Shown here: piece by piece, positions 19,570-31,646 of the stretch
Layout of the letters: every line of letters starts with the position of its first letter
Position numbering within the stretch: the stretch's first letter is position 1
NCBI GenBank assembly: GCA_943704425.1
Contig: CALSCP010001443.1
Coordinates: 44,299 to 108,298, forward strand
Length of the DNA stretch: 64,000 nt
Direction of reading: 5' to 3'
From: Ministeria vibrans ATCC 50519
Taxonomy: Eukaryota; Protista; Filasterea
Made by a program: the position numbers and the translations under genes
Notes under the pieces: generated by a model
What the model saw: only the letters and a program-made list of their open reading frames with translations
Database searches by the model: none
Told to the model about the DNA's origin: nothing

Positions 19570-21209
19570 TCAGAAACAAGAGTGCAGGAAAAAGGCGACT
19601 GACTGTGCCCCGACCGCCCATTGTAGTGTCTCCTCGAGAAAATTGCCGAGGACTATGTGTCGGATGTGGGGCGAGAGTGTACGTAGAGGAGCTGCAATGG
19701 CAGCGTGGTTGCGTGCGAGAGGAGCTGCAAGAAGCGCGGTGGTTGCAGCTGTTGTGGGAAGGTGGCAGTCGGCGTCGGAGTGTGCGTCAAAGGGCACGAC
19801 AAAGGTGTGCAAGAGAGGAGCATAGCGTTGCTCAAAGAGAGATTGCGCAAAGAGACGCAGGTCCGACACGCAGCGGTCCAAATCAAAAGGATGCTGCTCG
19901 CCATCGTTGTCGGAAAGGGACGAGGGGGAAGAAGATGAAAGGTCGCACAGGAGACGCGCAAAGAAGCCGCGGACAGCGGCACTGCGCACGGCAGGAGGCC
20001 AATCGCTTTCAAAGGGCAGGGGCGTCGCATACGACTCGTCCACGGCGCCCATCTCAGACGAGTCGCTCCAGATGTTGACACTGAACGAGGGGGAGAGAGC
20101 GCGCACACGATGGAATGTAAATGGGGGTATATAGAGTACATCACCTTCGTAAAGCGTGACCTACAAGCCATCAAAATGAGTGAGAGAATGAATAGGGAGA
20201 TGCTTATTTTTTTGTCTGACATGCTGGACGAATTTTTGAGGGAAGTCAGAGTGGTCGATGTCAATTTGGCTTTGTCTCGCCGACGGGTGGAGGTACGGGT
20301 AAAGTTGTAGGAGGGGCGTGTGCTGTGGGTGGATGAGCGACCAGCGCTTGCGTCCTTCGAGCTGCACATAGAAATTTGCGTACGCGTCGTAGTGTGTGTG
20401 TGCCGTGACGTTGGCTGCGCCCACCCACAGATGTGCGGAGAAGCGGGACGACACGACAAATTCATCAAGGGGATGGCAGTCTTTGATTCCTTGACCACCC
20501 CTTGAGCCCGTGAGCTCGGTCAGTTCGCAGCTGAAGTAGACTTGATCAGTGCTGCGCTCGACGGCGCGCATGAGCGCGGACACGCTCATTCGTTCGACGT
20601 GAAAATCAGCCGGTTTGAAGCGCAAAAGAGGCATGAGGGGCTTCTCGGGGTTGACGTAGACAAAGGGCAGCGACGCGTTGAGCAGGTGGACCGCTTGCAT
20701 GCTGGCGCCGAACCGCTGTGTGAAGTGCGCGGGAGTCCAGTCGCGCATGGCCGTCCACGCGTCCGCTGGCGATCCCACAAGAACGATCGGCTCGTGCAAG
20801 GCGACAATTTCCTTGGCAATACCCGGACGCCATTGGATGAGGCGCAGCGAGTCGCGCTTCCCAATGAATTCGATTGGGTTTGGCGCGTCGTCGCTGGCTC
20901 TGCCTGGCCCTTTCGTTTCGACTCCGAGCGCCGCTGCGACTTCCGCACGATCAGGCTTCAACGGCATTGCAGGGCTCGTAGGCGAACAATGGTCTAGCGA
21001 GAGGATCCCGACGACGACCATGGCTGTGAGGACCGCAACAGCGACGACTGCAAATTTGACAACATACGTTGCAACCCTACGAGACGTATTCGGTTATTCC
21101 GATGCGATGTGCACAAGGGCGGTGTCTAATCGTACGTTCTAATCTCAACAGAGCTGGTACGGCGAAGAGCTGGGCGCTCCGTTGAAAGGGGGGTCGTGCG
21201 GCGACGCAT
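19570..21209 (-). CDS. JmjC (cupin-like, FIH/JMJD8-type) 2OG/Fe oxygenase with an N-terminal type II membrane anchor
   Basis: Spliced start MRRRTTPL...|VATYVVKFAVVAVAVLTAMVVVGIL. Metal triad in THYD..N and GDVLYIPPFTFHRV; LEGRKRW. Confidence 0.8.
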
Positions 21210-21302
21210 AAAAGAAAGTTCTGAAATTGGATGGGACTATTAGATGATGAGTTGGTGTGTTGTGAACTTCAACAATCAAAATCAAATTCACATCAGAATT
21301 AC

Positions 21303-24300
21303 ATGTTTGCATCGTGTCAGTGGGGTGTAATTGTGTTGGCATTGGTTGCAGTGGTGCACGGTCGGGCACTCGTCAACAGTGGGTCGCCCAGTGACATTCC
21401 GCGCGGTTTCGACTGTGCCATTCGCGCACTGGCGCTCGAGTACGCCCGCTCGATCCAGCCACAGTACGAGCATCGCATGCTGTACGATGCTCTGCAGCTT
21501 GGCGCGTGCGGCAATGCGACGCTGGACGAGCGAGCGAGAGGGCAAACGCACTTTGGCGCCACTGCAGCGACAACACCGTTCCGCGACTACGAATGGGCGC
21601 CACCCCGCCGTGCGCAGCGTCCCTCGGATGCCACCCACACGCTGTTTGTTGATGATACAAAGGGCAATGATGGAAATGAAGGTGAGCGTAACGAGTGCGG
21701 ACACACTTGTTATCTCTTGTGTGTTGTGGTTAGGTTCGTTCTCGCGTCCTATGAAGACGCTCCAGCGCGCCATAGACGCTTCTCGCGTGTCCGCGCGTGC
21801 AGGTGTGAAAGGGACGGGCCAGCGCAAGATTGTGGTGCACGGCGGCACGTACTACTTGAACGAGACGCTTGTGTTGACGGCTGAGGACTCGTCGGTGTCC
21901 ATTGAGAGTGCCGATGGCGAAGAGGTCGTTGTGTCGGGGGGTGTACCGCTCAATGTGAAGTGGGAGGCGCACGAACAATCCGAACCCAGGATGGTACTGT
22001 ACAACAACACGAACGCTGTGTGGGGTCGTGCATCGGCAACGGGCTCAACCGATGCTATTACACTGCTTGGCAAGTTCCCTACGCTTCAAGGCTGTTTTGC
22101 TGCGTGTGCCGCGCAGGGCTGCACGGCATTCACATACAACGGCCCGACGGTCGCTGAAGACTATCGCTTGACCTGCTACAGCATCATCGACGGGAGTTGG
22201 GCGCCTAATGGGCAGGCGGGCATTGTGAGTGGTCGTGTCGAGTCGCGCAACATCTACGTTGCAGACGTGTCGCACCTGACGAGTAGAGGTGGACCGCTAA
22301 GCAACGGCATCACAGGGTTGCGTGTGAACGGGGCCCGTGCTATTCGAGCACGCTTCCCCGATGCGAACCCAGAAACGTCGATGCGACAGGAGGCAATTGC
22401 TGGATGGATAATGTTTGGAACGCGGTGGGTTGCGCCAACAAAGCCTGCGTCGCCTGTACGGAATTCTTGTCGGAAAGGTGTGTCATTGAATGGCGTTGTG
22501 TGGTGTTGTAGGGTGAAGATGTGGTGCTCACGGCAAAGGACTACCCCGATGTGGAATGGCCAATGAGCGAAGAGGTACGTGCACAGGCGTGTGTTATGCT
22601 GTGTGATAGAACCCTTTGGACGCGCGCGTAGGGAGGGAGTACGTGGACGGGCGATGGTGATTGGGGCGAGTACCACATTGGAAAGGGAGGGGCGTGTGCT
22701 CGTGCGACTCCTTCGTTTGGTTACTGGTGTTCCCCAACGTGTCCGCGCGGCACTACCTACGTGTTCCGACAGCCTAGTGGCGTGCGCATCGACGCAGACG
22801 TGCTCCCTCACTCGCCGTATCGCGCTCCCACCGGCGCCATTGTTCATGTCTGGCGACCGGGTCACTGGTAGGTGTGTTGCGGGGTAATGTTCTCCTCTTC
22901 AATTGGTTTATACTGTAGGTTCACGAATATGTTTCGTGTCGGCTCTAACTCAACGGACACCGAGCTGACGTTTGATTTGGGTGGATTCCAGGGCGGAGAG
23001 GGATACGACGCGGGTGCCGAATGGTACATTGAGAATGTGCGAGAGGAGCTGGACAGTCCCAACGAGTGGTTCTTCGACGAAAACGAACACAAACTCTACT
23101 TTTTCTACAATGGAACAGACTCGCCCGACGCGGCGCAATTGATCGCGACGAACCTGAAGGGTACAGTTGAGAACCAAATGAGAAAAAGCTTATACGATTT
23201 GTAGTGCTTGTAAATGTGAGTGGGACGATGGACAAGCCAGTGCGAGATGTGAGCCTGTCGGGATTACTTTTCCGAGACACTGCATCGACCTTTATGGACC
23301 CGCACGGACTGCCCAGTGGCGGAGACTGGGGGCTGCAACGTAGTGCTGCCGTGTACATGACAGGTAAGGCTCAATATAACTATATGGGCGAAAGAAAAAG
23401 ACATGATTCAGAGAGGGGGAGAAGGAACAAATTGAGAGGAGGGAGAAGGAACAAATTGAGAGGAGGGAGAAGGAACAAATTGAGGAGGGAGAAGGAANNN
23501 NNNNNAAATTGCTCAGAAATTGCTCAGAAATTGCTCAGAAATTGCTCAGAAATTGCTCAGAAATTGCTCAGAAATTGCTCAGTAATTATTCCACTTGTTG
23601 AATTTTAGGGTGTGAAAATGTCAGAGTGTCAGAGTGTCTGTTTCTGCGCTGCGATGGAAATGGGCTTTTTATCGATGGCTATAGTCGCAACGCCATGATT
23701 GACTCAAACGAATTTGCATGGGTATGCAAAAAAATACAAAAACCAAGCCTAGGGGATAAAATGAAATGCACACACACACTCTCTCTCATGTGAACTCACT
23801 GCACACACATGTGACTACATCTAACCACCTGTCTGTCCACCACCCACCAGATTGGAGACTCGGCCATGGCGTCATGGGGAGTGACGGAAGCGTTGACGGG
23901 AGTACATGCGGGTGCACTGGGCCCTGACGGACGGGCGGGCGAGCAGCCCCGTGCCACGACCGTGCGTCGCAATCTCGTTCATGAGATTGGTCTCTGGCAG
24001 AAGCAGAGCTCCATGTGGTTTCAGGCGGTAACACATCAGGAGCTTATAGCGATAGATTTGTGCGAAATTACAACACACTTTACTGTGCCCTTCGTTTTCG
24101 TGTAGGTTTCATGCCAGACTACCGTCGAGGAAAACATTTTCTTCAATGGCCCACGCGCCAACATTAACATCAGTCAGTTGAACTACGCACTCTGTCTTTT
24201 GTTGTCATTCTGAATACTTAATGTTACTGTAGACGATGGATTTGGTGGGGGAAACCACCTCACTGGCAACCTTTTAGTGAACGCAGTCCGAGAGAGCAGG

Positions 24301-25015
24301 TCCGCTCCTCCGTTTTTCATTGTCTAATTCTCCATTCTCCTCTCTCATAACGGTCTTCCCCCCTGTATTTCTATATAATATGTCTTTTTATCTTGTCGTG
24401 TGGTGTCTTTATAGTGATCATGGCCCCGTCAACACATGGGATCGTGTACCGTACATCACTACGGTGCGCAACGGTAGTGCCTCAATTATTCCCGCATTCA
24501 ACGAGATTGACCACAATTTCATTTTGGGCACGTACAATACTCAAGAAGGTATCTTAACAACAGAGCGCTAGAAAGAGGGGGAGAGGCAATGATCCATTTG
24601 GCTCTTTGCAGCAATAGACAATGACGACGGCAGCTCGTACTACAAGACACACTCCAATGTGTTTGTGTATGGCAGCGGAGACCTCAAGTCTGACTTTGGT
24701 GGACATGACAACCACCATTTCGGTAATTTGGTTGCGTACACCAACGGTTGCTTTGGCAAGGGCAACAACCTGTCCTTTGTCAACAACACGTGCATCCTGC
24801 GCGCACCCTCAGGTGGCTACAACAGCGACTGCAACCTCAGCTACGGCATGGTTGTCGAGGGCAATGCAGTCCACAACCCGTCTGGCGAGCTCAGCGTGTG
24901 CGGCACCACCTTCGCCCAGTGGACCGCACAGGGTCACGATAAGGGATCTACCCTCGCCAAATGGCCCTCCAACGCACAGGTTGTCGCTCAGGCCCGCAAA
25001 ATACTCAATTTTTAA
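21303..25015 (+). CDS. Secreted right-handed beta-helix protein (GH141-like) with an inserted PAN/Apple-like module, multi-exon
   Basis: Signal peptide; LFVDD..GNDGN; GGTYYL; C...C....C.AFTY module; ARFPD; WYIENVREELDSPNEWFFD; GGDWGLQRS; WQKQSS; NGPRAN; DHGPVNTWDR; DDGSSYY. Family assignment is from recalled motifs. Confidence 0.7.
23411..23582. repeat. Intronic minisatellites flanking an N gap: ~24-mer GAGAGGAGGGAGAAGGAACAAATT x~4 and 11-mer AAATTGCTCAG x7
   Basis: Seen directly; the gap is at 23498-23505. Confidence 0.9.
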
Positions 25016-25121
25016 CAATTTAAAGGAGAAAAAAAAAAAAACTCTTCAAGTAACCGACGAGCTGTTGAGAAAGAATATCGATGGAAAATTAATATAATAG
25101 TGTCATTGTTTGAACGGCCGG

Positions 25122-27125
25122 CTACGCGTTCTTTTCGGCCGCGAGACGGGCATCCTCGGCCTCGGCAAGCTTCTTGCCAATGTGCTCGTCGGTGGGGTCG
25201 CGCTGGACCTTGACTCGCACAGTGTCGCCGTCGCGTGTGGGACCGCTTGTGATCGTGTACAGAAGATTGTTCAATCCTGAGCGTGGAACGAACAAGGGTG
25301 AGTGACCAAAAAAGGAGCAAGACAACCCAACGCAGTGAATACCGTCCTTCTTCCAGCGCTCGCTGCCTTGCGACATCTCCGCCTGCCACTTGCGGGCGGT
25401 ACGGATGCTGCCTGGAGTGAACTTGCGTGCAGTGTGACCGTGCGACTCCAGCGACACATACACGCCCTGTCCGTGCGGCGGTCGGTGCGGCTGGCCCGTT
25501 GCCGTCGTAAATCCGTTTCTCTACACAACACATACCATGAGGACACAAGAGCATTGTACACAGGCAAAGCGTACCCTCAGACGCCAGTACAGGTCGTCGT
25601 CCTCAGCACCCCACCCGTGGTAGTCGTTGGAGCATCCGTTAATCTTCTCAAACTGCTCGTTTGCAAAACTGAACACCCCTCCCCCATAGTTGGCGTAGAT
25701 CACGCCAAACTTGAAGCGGTCCTGCTCGGCACTCAGTTGCAAAGGCATAACCGGTTTCGTATAGGGCACACCTGAATGAGAAAGCAAGCGTGGTGGTGGA
25801 TATAAGAAAAGCACGTCTCAAAACCTCAAAAGGTACCTGGCATGGGCAGGGCATCTACGTCGTGCTGCACAAAGTACGTGGCACCGTCCTTCTTGGCCAA
25901 GTGGTACCCAATATTGATGAGCCATCCTGTGACATAAAGTAAAAAGAAGACAATGCCATGGGATTGGGCGCGTTAGTATTCACAATGCGTGCGTAAGTTG
26001 AGTGTGCATCTGTACCGCGATCAAAGAGATCGTCATCATCCTGTTCAATCACATAGAACCCTTGGAAGCAAATGCCCTGCGTGCGCAAATATACTCTACG
26101 CACTCGTTGGAGAGAAAGAAAACACACACACACGCACACACGAGCACATTAGAATCAAGTGAGCCCAAACACACCAAACGCACCTCATCCACTCGCGGAA
26201 AACACCCAAATGCTCCTCACGGTCGCGAAAGGGAAGCACAATGGCAAGACGATCGGAGTCGGTGCAGTGGGGCAGAGGCTCGACCTTGGTGTGCTCCATT
26301 ATCTGTGACCAAAAGAAGTTATAGTCGTATTTCTTCTCTTCCGAGATATTACCATATCCTTCATCTTTAAGAACACTGTTGGAAGCGTCTTCGAGACAGT
26401 CTACGGGATAGTCAAGGGAAAGACAAGACAGAGTTGGAAAGGCACATTGAGCAGCGCAAATACTTTCCTTCCATCCTGCTACCTCAAGTTCAGCTTTGCC
26501 TTCGCACGTCGGGCACTGTGGGCAGGTTCTCGCTTGAGCTGAGAAAGGAAAAGGAGCACAACAACAACAACAAGAAGGACGACGAAATGAGGTTCGAGCG
26601 GTGGTTGAGAGAGGATTGTGGCGGTGGCGTACGGACAGAGGGGCACACAGGACAGGTCTGGGGTGGTGGCGCTGGAGGGCACTGGCACTCGGCGCAGGGC
26701 GGGCACGACGGCGGCTCGATGCGAGGGCACTGGGGGCAGTTGCAAGGCTTCTCAATGATCACAGGCTCGGCCTGTCGAGCGTCCTTCTCGGCCGAGAGCT
26801 ACGCGAAAAGAGAGCGAAAAAAAAAAAGGTGGATTGGTATGCAGAACGATTGACAGGTCAACCGCATAAGAAGACGGCGAAAAGAGGGAGACGCATAGCA
26901 CAGTGGGGCGAGGCAGCATGTGTCGGGGGCACGGGGAAGGCGACAGGCCCTCTTGGGGAGGAAGGAGAGAGGTTGGAAAGTGCCACGGTCTTTCAAAACG
27001 CCAAGAGGAGTCTTTCGCTCGCATACCGACGACGGTCCTGGTAGTCCAACAAGGGAAACTGTGATGCACGCCCCGATGGCGCAACCCACCAGAAAGGTTA
27101 CCGCCGATGAGAATGAGATTCTCAT
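25122..27125 (-). CDS. GT7 beta-1,4-galactosyltransferase-family type II Golgi protein
   Basis: N-terminal TM (MRISFSSAVTFLVGCAIGACITVSL), Cys/Pro stem, LAIVLPFRDREEHL, FDRG..NIG, QHDVD (DxD), and YGGGV...FEKINGCSNDYHGWGAEDDDLYWR. Confidence 0.9.
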
Positions 27126-27315
27126 TGTCAAAAAAAAAACTGTCTGTCACTAAAATCTAAAATAAGTTTCACATTTTCACTCTCACACAGTTCAAGTGAC
27201 CTGTTGACATTTAAAATACGCAACAAATTGATCATGGTATGTATCCAACCGTCGCGATTTGTGGTGTCGTCTATATTGTACACTAGTGATCGATTGTATA
27301 ATAGCTATTATACTT

Positions 27316-28266
27316 TTATTCATTGGCATAATCATTCACCATTTCGGCAATTGTGTCGCACATGCACGGAACGCACGAGCACAAACACAGTGATGTGATT
27401 GAGACGTGTGAGAAGACAGGCGCAGGGAATGAAGTGGGTGCGGTTGGACAGAGAAATGACCTGTCAAACTTGACATCTTCTTCGTCTGTTTCGCTCTTGA
27501 CGCGGCAGCAAGCAGAGCCGTTGGCTGTTGCAGAGGTGTTCTCCTTGACGCACACACCTGGCTTCTCCGAAAATTGCTTAACAGCAGCATCGTCTTGCCC
27601 CTTGTAGGCCAGCAGAGTCGATGGCCCCGGCGAGAGCGGAGCACAAGCATGAGCACGACGAACCGGAAGTGGTGCTTTTGAGCGTTGCGCCTTTGCATCG
27701 GCCACTGGCGTCTGGGCACGACGACGACGGCCGCACAAGACGCGTAGAATAGAAAGATACACAGCAAAGAGAGCCGCGCCGAGGAGAGATGAAGCGGACA
27801 GGAATGGTTGGGGATGCGGTGCGAAAAGCGACGCGTTTGCAGCAACGGTTGCGTCGGTCGCGTTTGCGGCGGTGGTTGCCGGAGAATTGCGGAGGAATGC
27901 GTAGTCAATGGTCCATTGAGATACTTGTTGCAAAGAGGCGATGACCGAGTGTGTAGTGCGGCCAGTGGAGCGCGAAACGTTTTGCAGCGAAACGCGCCAC
28001 AATTCTTTTAGGACCGTTTGTATGTGTGTCGTAACAGAATGGACACGGTTGTATGTAAATAGCGTCTTGTTACGCATAATGTTGCGTGCGTAGGCAGCGG
28101 TTGTCAGCAGCGTGTCGTAGAAGGGCGTCCGGGGTGGAAACATGGGGCAAAGTGTTGTTGTCTCGAGTGAATACTCACAAAGTGCGTGGCAGATCATGGG
28201 CGCCTCCGCAGAGCAACATGCTTGACAAAAAAAACCCAACAGGATCACGAGCAAGATGGATTTCAT
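27316..28266 (-). CDS. Hypothetical single-pass membrane protein
   Basis: 316-aa ATG-initiated ORF with a signal peptide and a TM helix (LLGAALFAVYLSILRVLC) followed by RRRR. No family recognised. Confidence 0.55.
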   Translation of the reverse strand: MKSILLVILLGFFCQACCSAEAPMICHALCEYSLETTTLCPMFPPRTPFYDTLLTTAAYARNIMRNKTLFTYNRVHSVTTHIQTVLKELWRVSLQNVSRSTGRTTHSVIASLQQVSQWTIDYAFLRNSPATTAANATDATVAANASLFAPHPQPFLSASSLLGAALFAVYLSILRVLCGRRRRAQTPVADAKAQRSKAPLPVRRAHACAPLSPGPSTLLAYKGQDDAAVKQFSEKPGVCVKENTSATANGSACCRVKSETDEEDVKFDRSFLCPTAPTSFPAPVFSHVSITSLCLCSCVPCMCDTIAEMVNDYANE

Positions 28267-28836
28267 TTTGAAAAGAGTGAGAAAGAATAATATTAATTTA
28301 CTTTCTGTTCTCTATCTCCAATAAGAAGTTTCCAAAATCGCCTTTCTCGCTGCTTTGTCAATTCGCACGCTTCTCAGCCATCAAAGTGAGATACATCCAT
28401 ACATATCAAGTGGGGCGTGTGTGTGAGTGTGCAACCGTGCGGGGGTCGGCGGACGGCGGTGGCGCGTCTGCAGGATTGTTCGGAGACAGCTCTTCTTCCG
28501 TTCAGCAGCTCGAAAACGCGCGTTTCTGTGAAATTACACGCGTCTCAACGCTGGCAGTTAGTCACATATGTATCCGCGGGTTGTGTGTGTCCGTTTGCGG
28601 TGGTCGGCAATGTGTGATGCGCACAAGGGAGAGGTTGCATTGCTGTTGAAGTTTTCATTTCATTCATGAGCGCTGAGGGGCTGTTATGCATGGATCAGTT
28701 GCGCAGCTGTAGCAGTGGTCGTCATCAGTGGTCGTGAGGCCAAATGCGCGTGATAATAGATGAGTTTTAATACTAATTTGACATCGTTTTTGTGTTCGGA
28801 TGTTTTTTTTTTTTCAGATATAATTATAATTATAAT

Positions 28837-30119
28837 ATGCTTTCTCTGCTCCTTCTGTGCGTCGTCTCCGTCTCCGTACACGGACAAGACCCCGAGGTCT
28901 ACAGTGAAAATGGGGACCTTGTATTGGCTCCTGCTCTCAACCGATCTGTGCTTATCAAAGGCGAGCTTTTGGTTAACGGGTTGACAACAATGTCTCAAAC
29001 AGACTTTGACGATCGCCTGGCCAATCTACGGTCGAAAATCAGCGGGCTAGAGGCACAGATGGCGTCTTGTTCATGCAACACAACTACTTCGACTACGGTC
29101 GACGAGTGCGTGTCGAGCCCCTGCTCGAACGGCGGTGTGTGCACGGACAGCGAGGGAGCGTTCGTGTGCATGTGCCCTAGCGGGTTCACGGGTGTCACGT
29201 GTGAGATGAATGTTGACGAGTGCGCATCGAGTCCTTGCTTAAACGGCGGCACGTGCATTGACGCGTTGGGTGAGTATTCGTGTACGTGTGCTCTCGGCTA
29301 TGCGGGTGTCCTCTGCGAGTCGGACATCAACGAGTGCGCGTCGAGTCCTTGCTTAAACGGCGGCACGTGCATTGACGCGTTGGGTGAGTATTCGTGTACG
29401 TGTGCTCTCGGCTATGCGGGTGTCCTCTGCGAGTCGGACATCAACGAGTGCGCGTCGAGTCCTTGCTTAAACGGCGGCACGTGCATTGACGCGTTGGGTG
29501 AGTATTCGTGTACGTGTGCTCTCGGCTATGCGGGTGTCCTCTGCGAGTCGGACATCAACGAGTGCGCGTCGAGTCCTTGCTTAAACGGCGGCACATGTAG
29601 TGACGCCGTCACAGCGTACTCCTGCTCCTGTTCCGGTGAGCCAACACAACACAACACAACACGACACGCCTATTTCTTCTATTAATTTTTACCTCCGGCA
29701 ACAGACGAGTTCACTGGCTCCCACTGCGAGACGGTGCTTGCCACCGCGTGCTCCAGCAACCCGTGCGCCAATGGCGGCGCATGCAGCGACAGCGGTGGCG
29801 ACTCGCCGTACTCGTGCTCGTGCTCGTCCTCCTGGCTCGGCTCCCGCTGCCACATTGCCAACCCCTGCCAAGGCAGCCCGCCGGCCAACTGCAACGGCTG
29901 CTCGCCGCGCTCCTCGTCTCCCTACTACACCTGCTCCTCCTGCTTCAACAACCGCTGTGGCGACCAGTGCCAAGGCACCCTCTTTGGCCAAGGTAGTGTC
30001 TGTGTGTGATCAAATAAAGGATTGTACTTTTTCGAAATTACATTTCAGGCGGTACTTTTGGTCCATGTATGATCCAGCTCTGTGATGAACCGTGCTGGGA
30101 TCCAAGTTTATTAAGTTGA
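28837..30119 (+). CDS. Secreted protein: cubilin-N-like segment + coiled coil + 6 EGF (mostly Ca-binding) repeats + Cys-rich tail
   Basis: Exons 28837-29635, 29705-29991, 30049-30119. Signal peptide MLSLLLLCVVSVSVHG, repeats DINECASSPCLNGGTCIDALGEYSCTCALGYAGVLC, no TM. Confidence 0.9.
29218..29594 (+). repeat. 114-bp coding tandem repeat (3.3 near-identical EGF units)
   Basis: Units start at 29218, 29332, 29446 and 29560; nucleotide-identical apart from one synonymous site seen in unit 1. Confidence 0.95.
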
Positions 30120-30356
30120 TATAAAAATTTATTAATTTATTTTGGCCTCTAAAAAGTGATGCTTGCACGGTCTTTATTACTAGCAATCGAGCACAGACTA
30201 CAGAGCAGGAATGACAAGATGGATTTCATCTCAATCATTTTGAAGAGAGAAAAATATTGTGTTCTTGACTTCTTGGGACATTCGAAAAGAGTCAGTCAAC
30301 AGAAAATGGAAAGATAATCGAATCGAACAGAAAATTTTTTTCTATCTTACATTGCA

Positions 30357-30755
30357 ATGAAGAGCCCGTACAGCGTCCCCAGTTTACTCCAACCAGTGAT
30401 CACGTTTACAACGCTGCTGGATGCGCGACGCCAGCCGTTTTCTTTCGACGGGATGATCGCAGTGAGCCCTTTTGTCATTTCCGCTCTGGTCGGCGCCTAC
30501 GCCGGCTCCAAGGAAGAGGACGACTTGAGAACGGTCGTGAGATGGGGAACATTATCGGTGGCGCTGTTTCCTTGGGCGTACGCCGCTACAGCGCGCTTCC
30601 TCTTTGAGGAGGAGGCGGCTGCCGCCTTGGTGCTGTGCACTTCGGGCGCTGGACTCCTGTCTGGCGCAGCCTTGACTCGATATGGCCCCGCAGTGGGGCT
30701 GGGCATTACTCTGGTGACTGGAGTTGTCGTTCTTCTTCGCGTGAGGGCACTGTGA
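30357..30755 (+). CDS. Small multi-pass membrane protein, unknown function
   Basis: 132-aa GC-rich ORF between AT-rich flanks, with about 4 hydrophobic segments. Confidence 0.6.
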   Translation: MKSPYSVPSLLQPVITFTTLLDARRQPFSFDGMIAVSPFVISALVGAYAGSKEEDDLRTVVRWGTLSVALFPWAYAATARFLFEEEAAAALVLCTSGAGLLSGAALTRYGPAVGLGITLVTGVVVLLRVRAL

Positions 30756-30875
30756 GAGACGACGAGTCTTCAGGAGGAAGGATTTTTCAATGTATTATGT
30801 AAAGTATTCATGATTAATATTTTGTTGTATACATTGTTATATACATTGGACAGCTAGCTTAAGCGTTGATGCTTC

Positions 30876-31606
30876 TCATTCATCTTCGTCGGGAGCACAC
30901 TGCATGTTGAAGAGAAACAGGGTGAGAATAAGGAGGACGCGGTACATATGCTTACGTTAAAGTCAACAAATGAGACTTGTCCGTCTTCGCTGGAGGCAAT
31001 GAGAAACTGAAGCGAGAGAAAACCACGCATGTTGATGCGTAACGAGCATTTTTGTGAAATAAGCAAGGCACTCTTGCACTTGCTTAGTTGGGACTGTCGG
31101 TAGAGGTAGTGTTGCGATGTGGAGCAGGCAAAGGACTCCATGGTGGGCGATACGGATGGGATGGACACCTGTGTTACGGGAGGAATGAGTCATACGGAAG
31201 ACGAACAAAAGGTACACAAAGATAACACACCTCTACGGAGCCCGTCACACTGGCACTGGTCAACGAAAGCGTCGCATGTTCAGCATTGACCGTTACGGCA
31301 ATGGTTCCACTTGCGACATCCATTTCGGCAAAGGCTTCTCTCAACGCTTCAGACTGACGACAAAGAGAGAGAGAGAAAGAGATAAAGCGTGTGTGTGTGT
31401 ATATATGTATGTGTGAGATATTATCAAGTATAGCATGGATATTGTGTAGTCATGCGTGAATACGGTTCAAAATACCAACCATCTTCTTACCGCAATGATA
31501 ATTTCCGACACAACCTGTTCACTGTCAAACTCAAAATCGAGTGTGTCTTCGGCATCGCGAGTCATCAGTCGGCATTCGCTAATGACGCCGGCGTGCTCCA
31601 TCCTAC

Positions 31607-31646
<40 letters not shown>

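Noticed and set aside
23411-23582. Regular short repeats resembling a CRISPR array
   Set aside because: Head-to-tail minisatellites with no unique spacers, inside a eukaryotic intron, and no cas genes.
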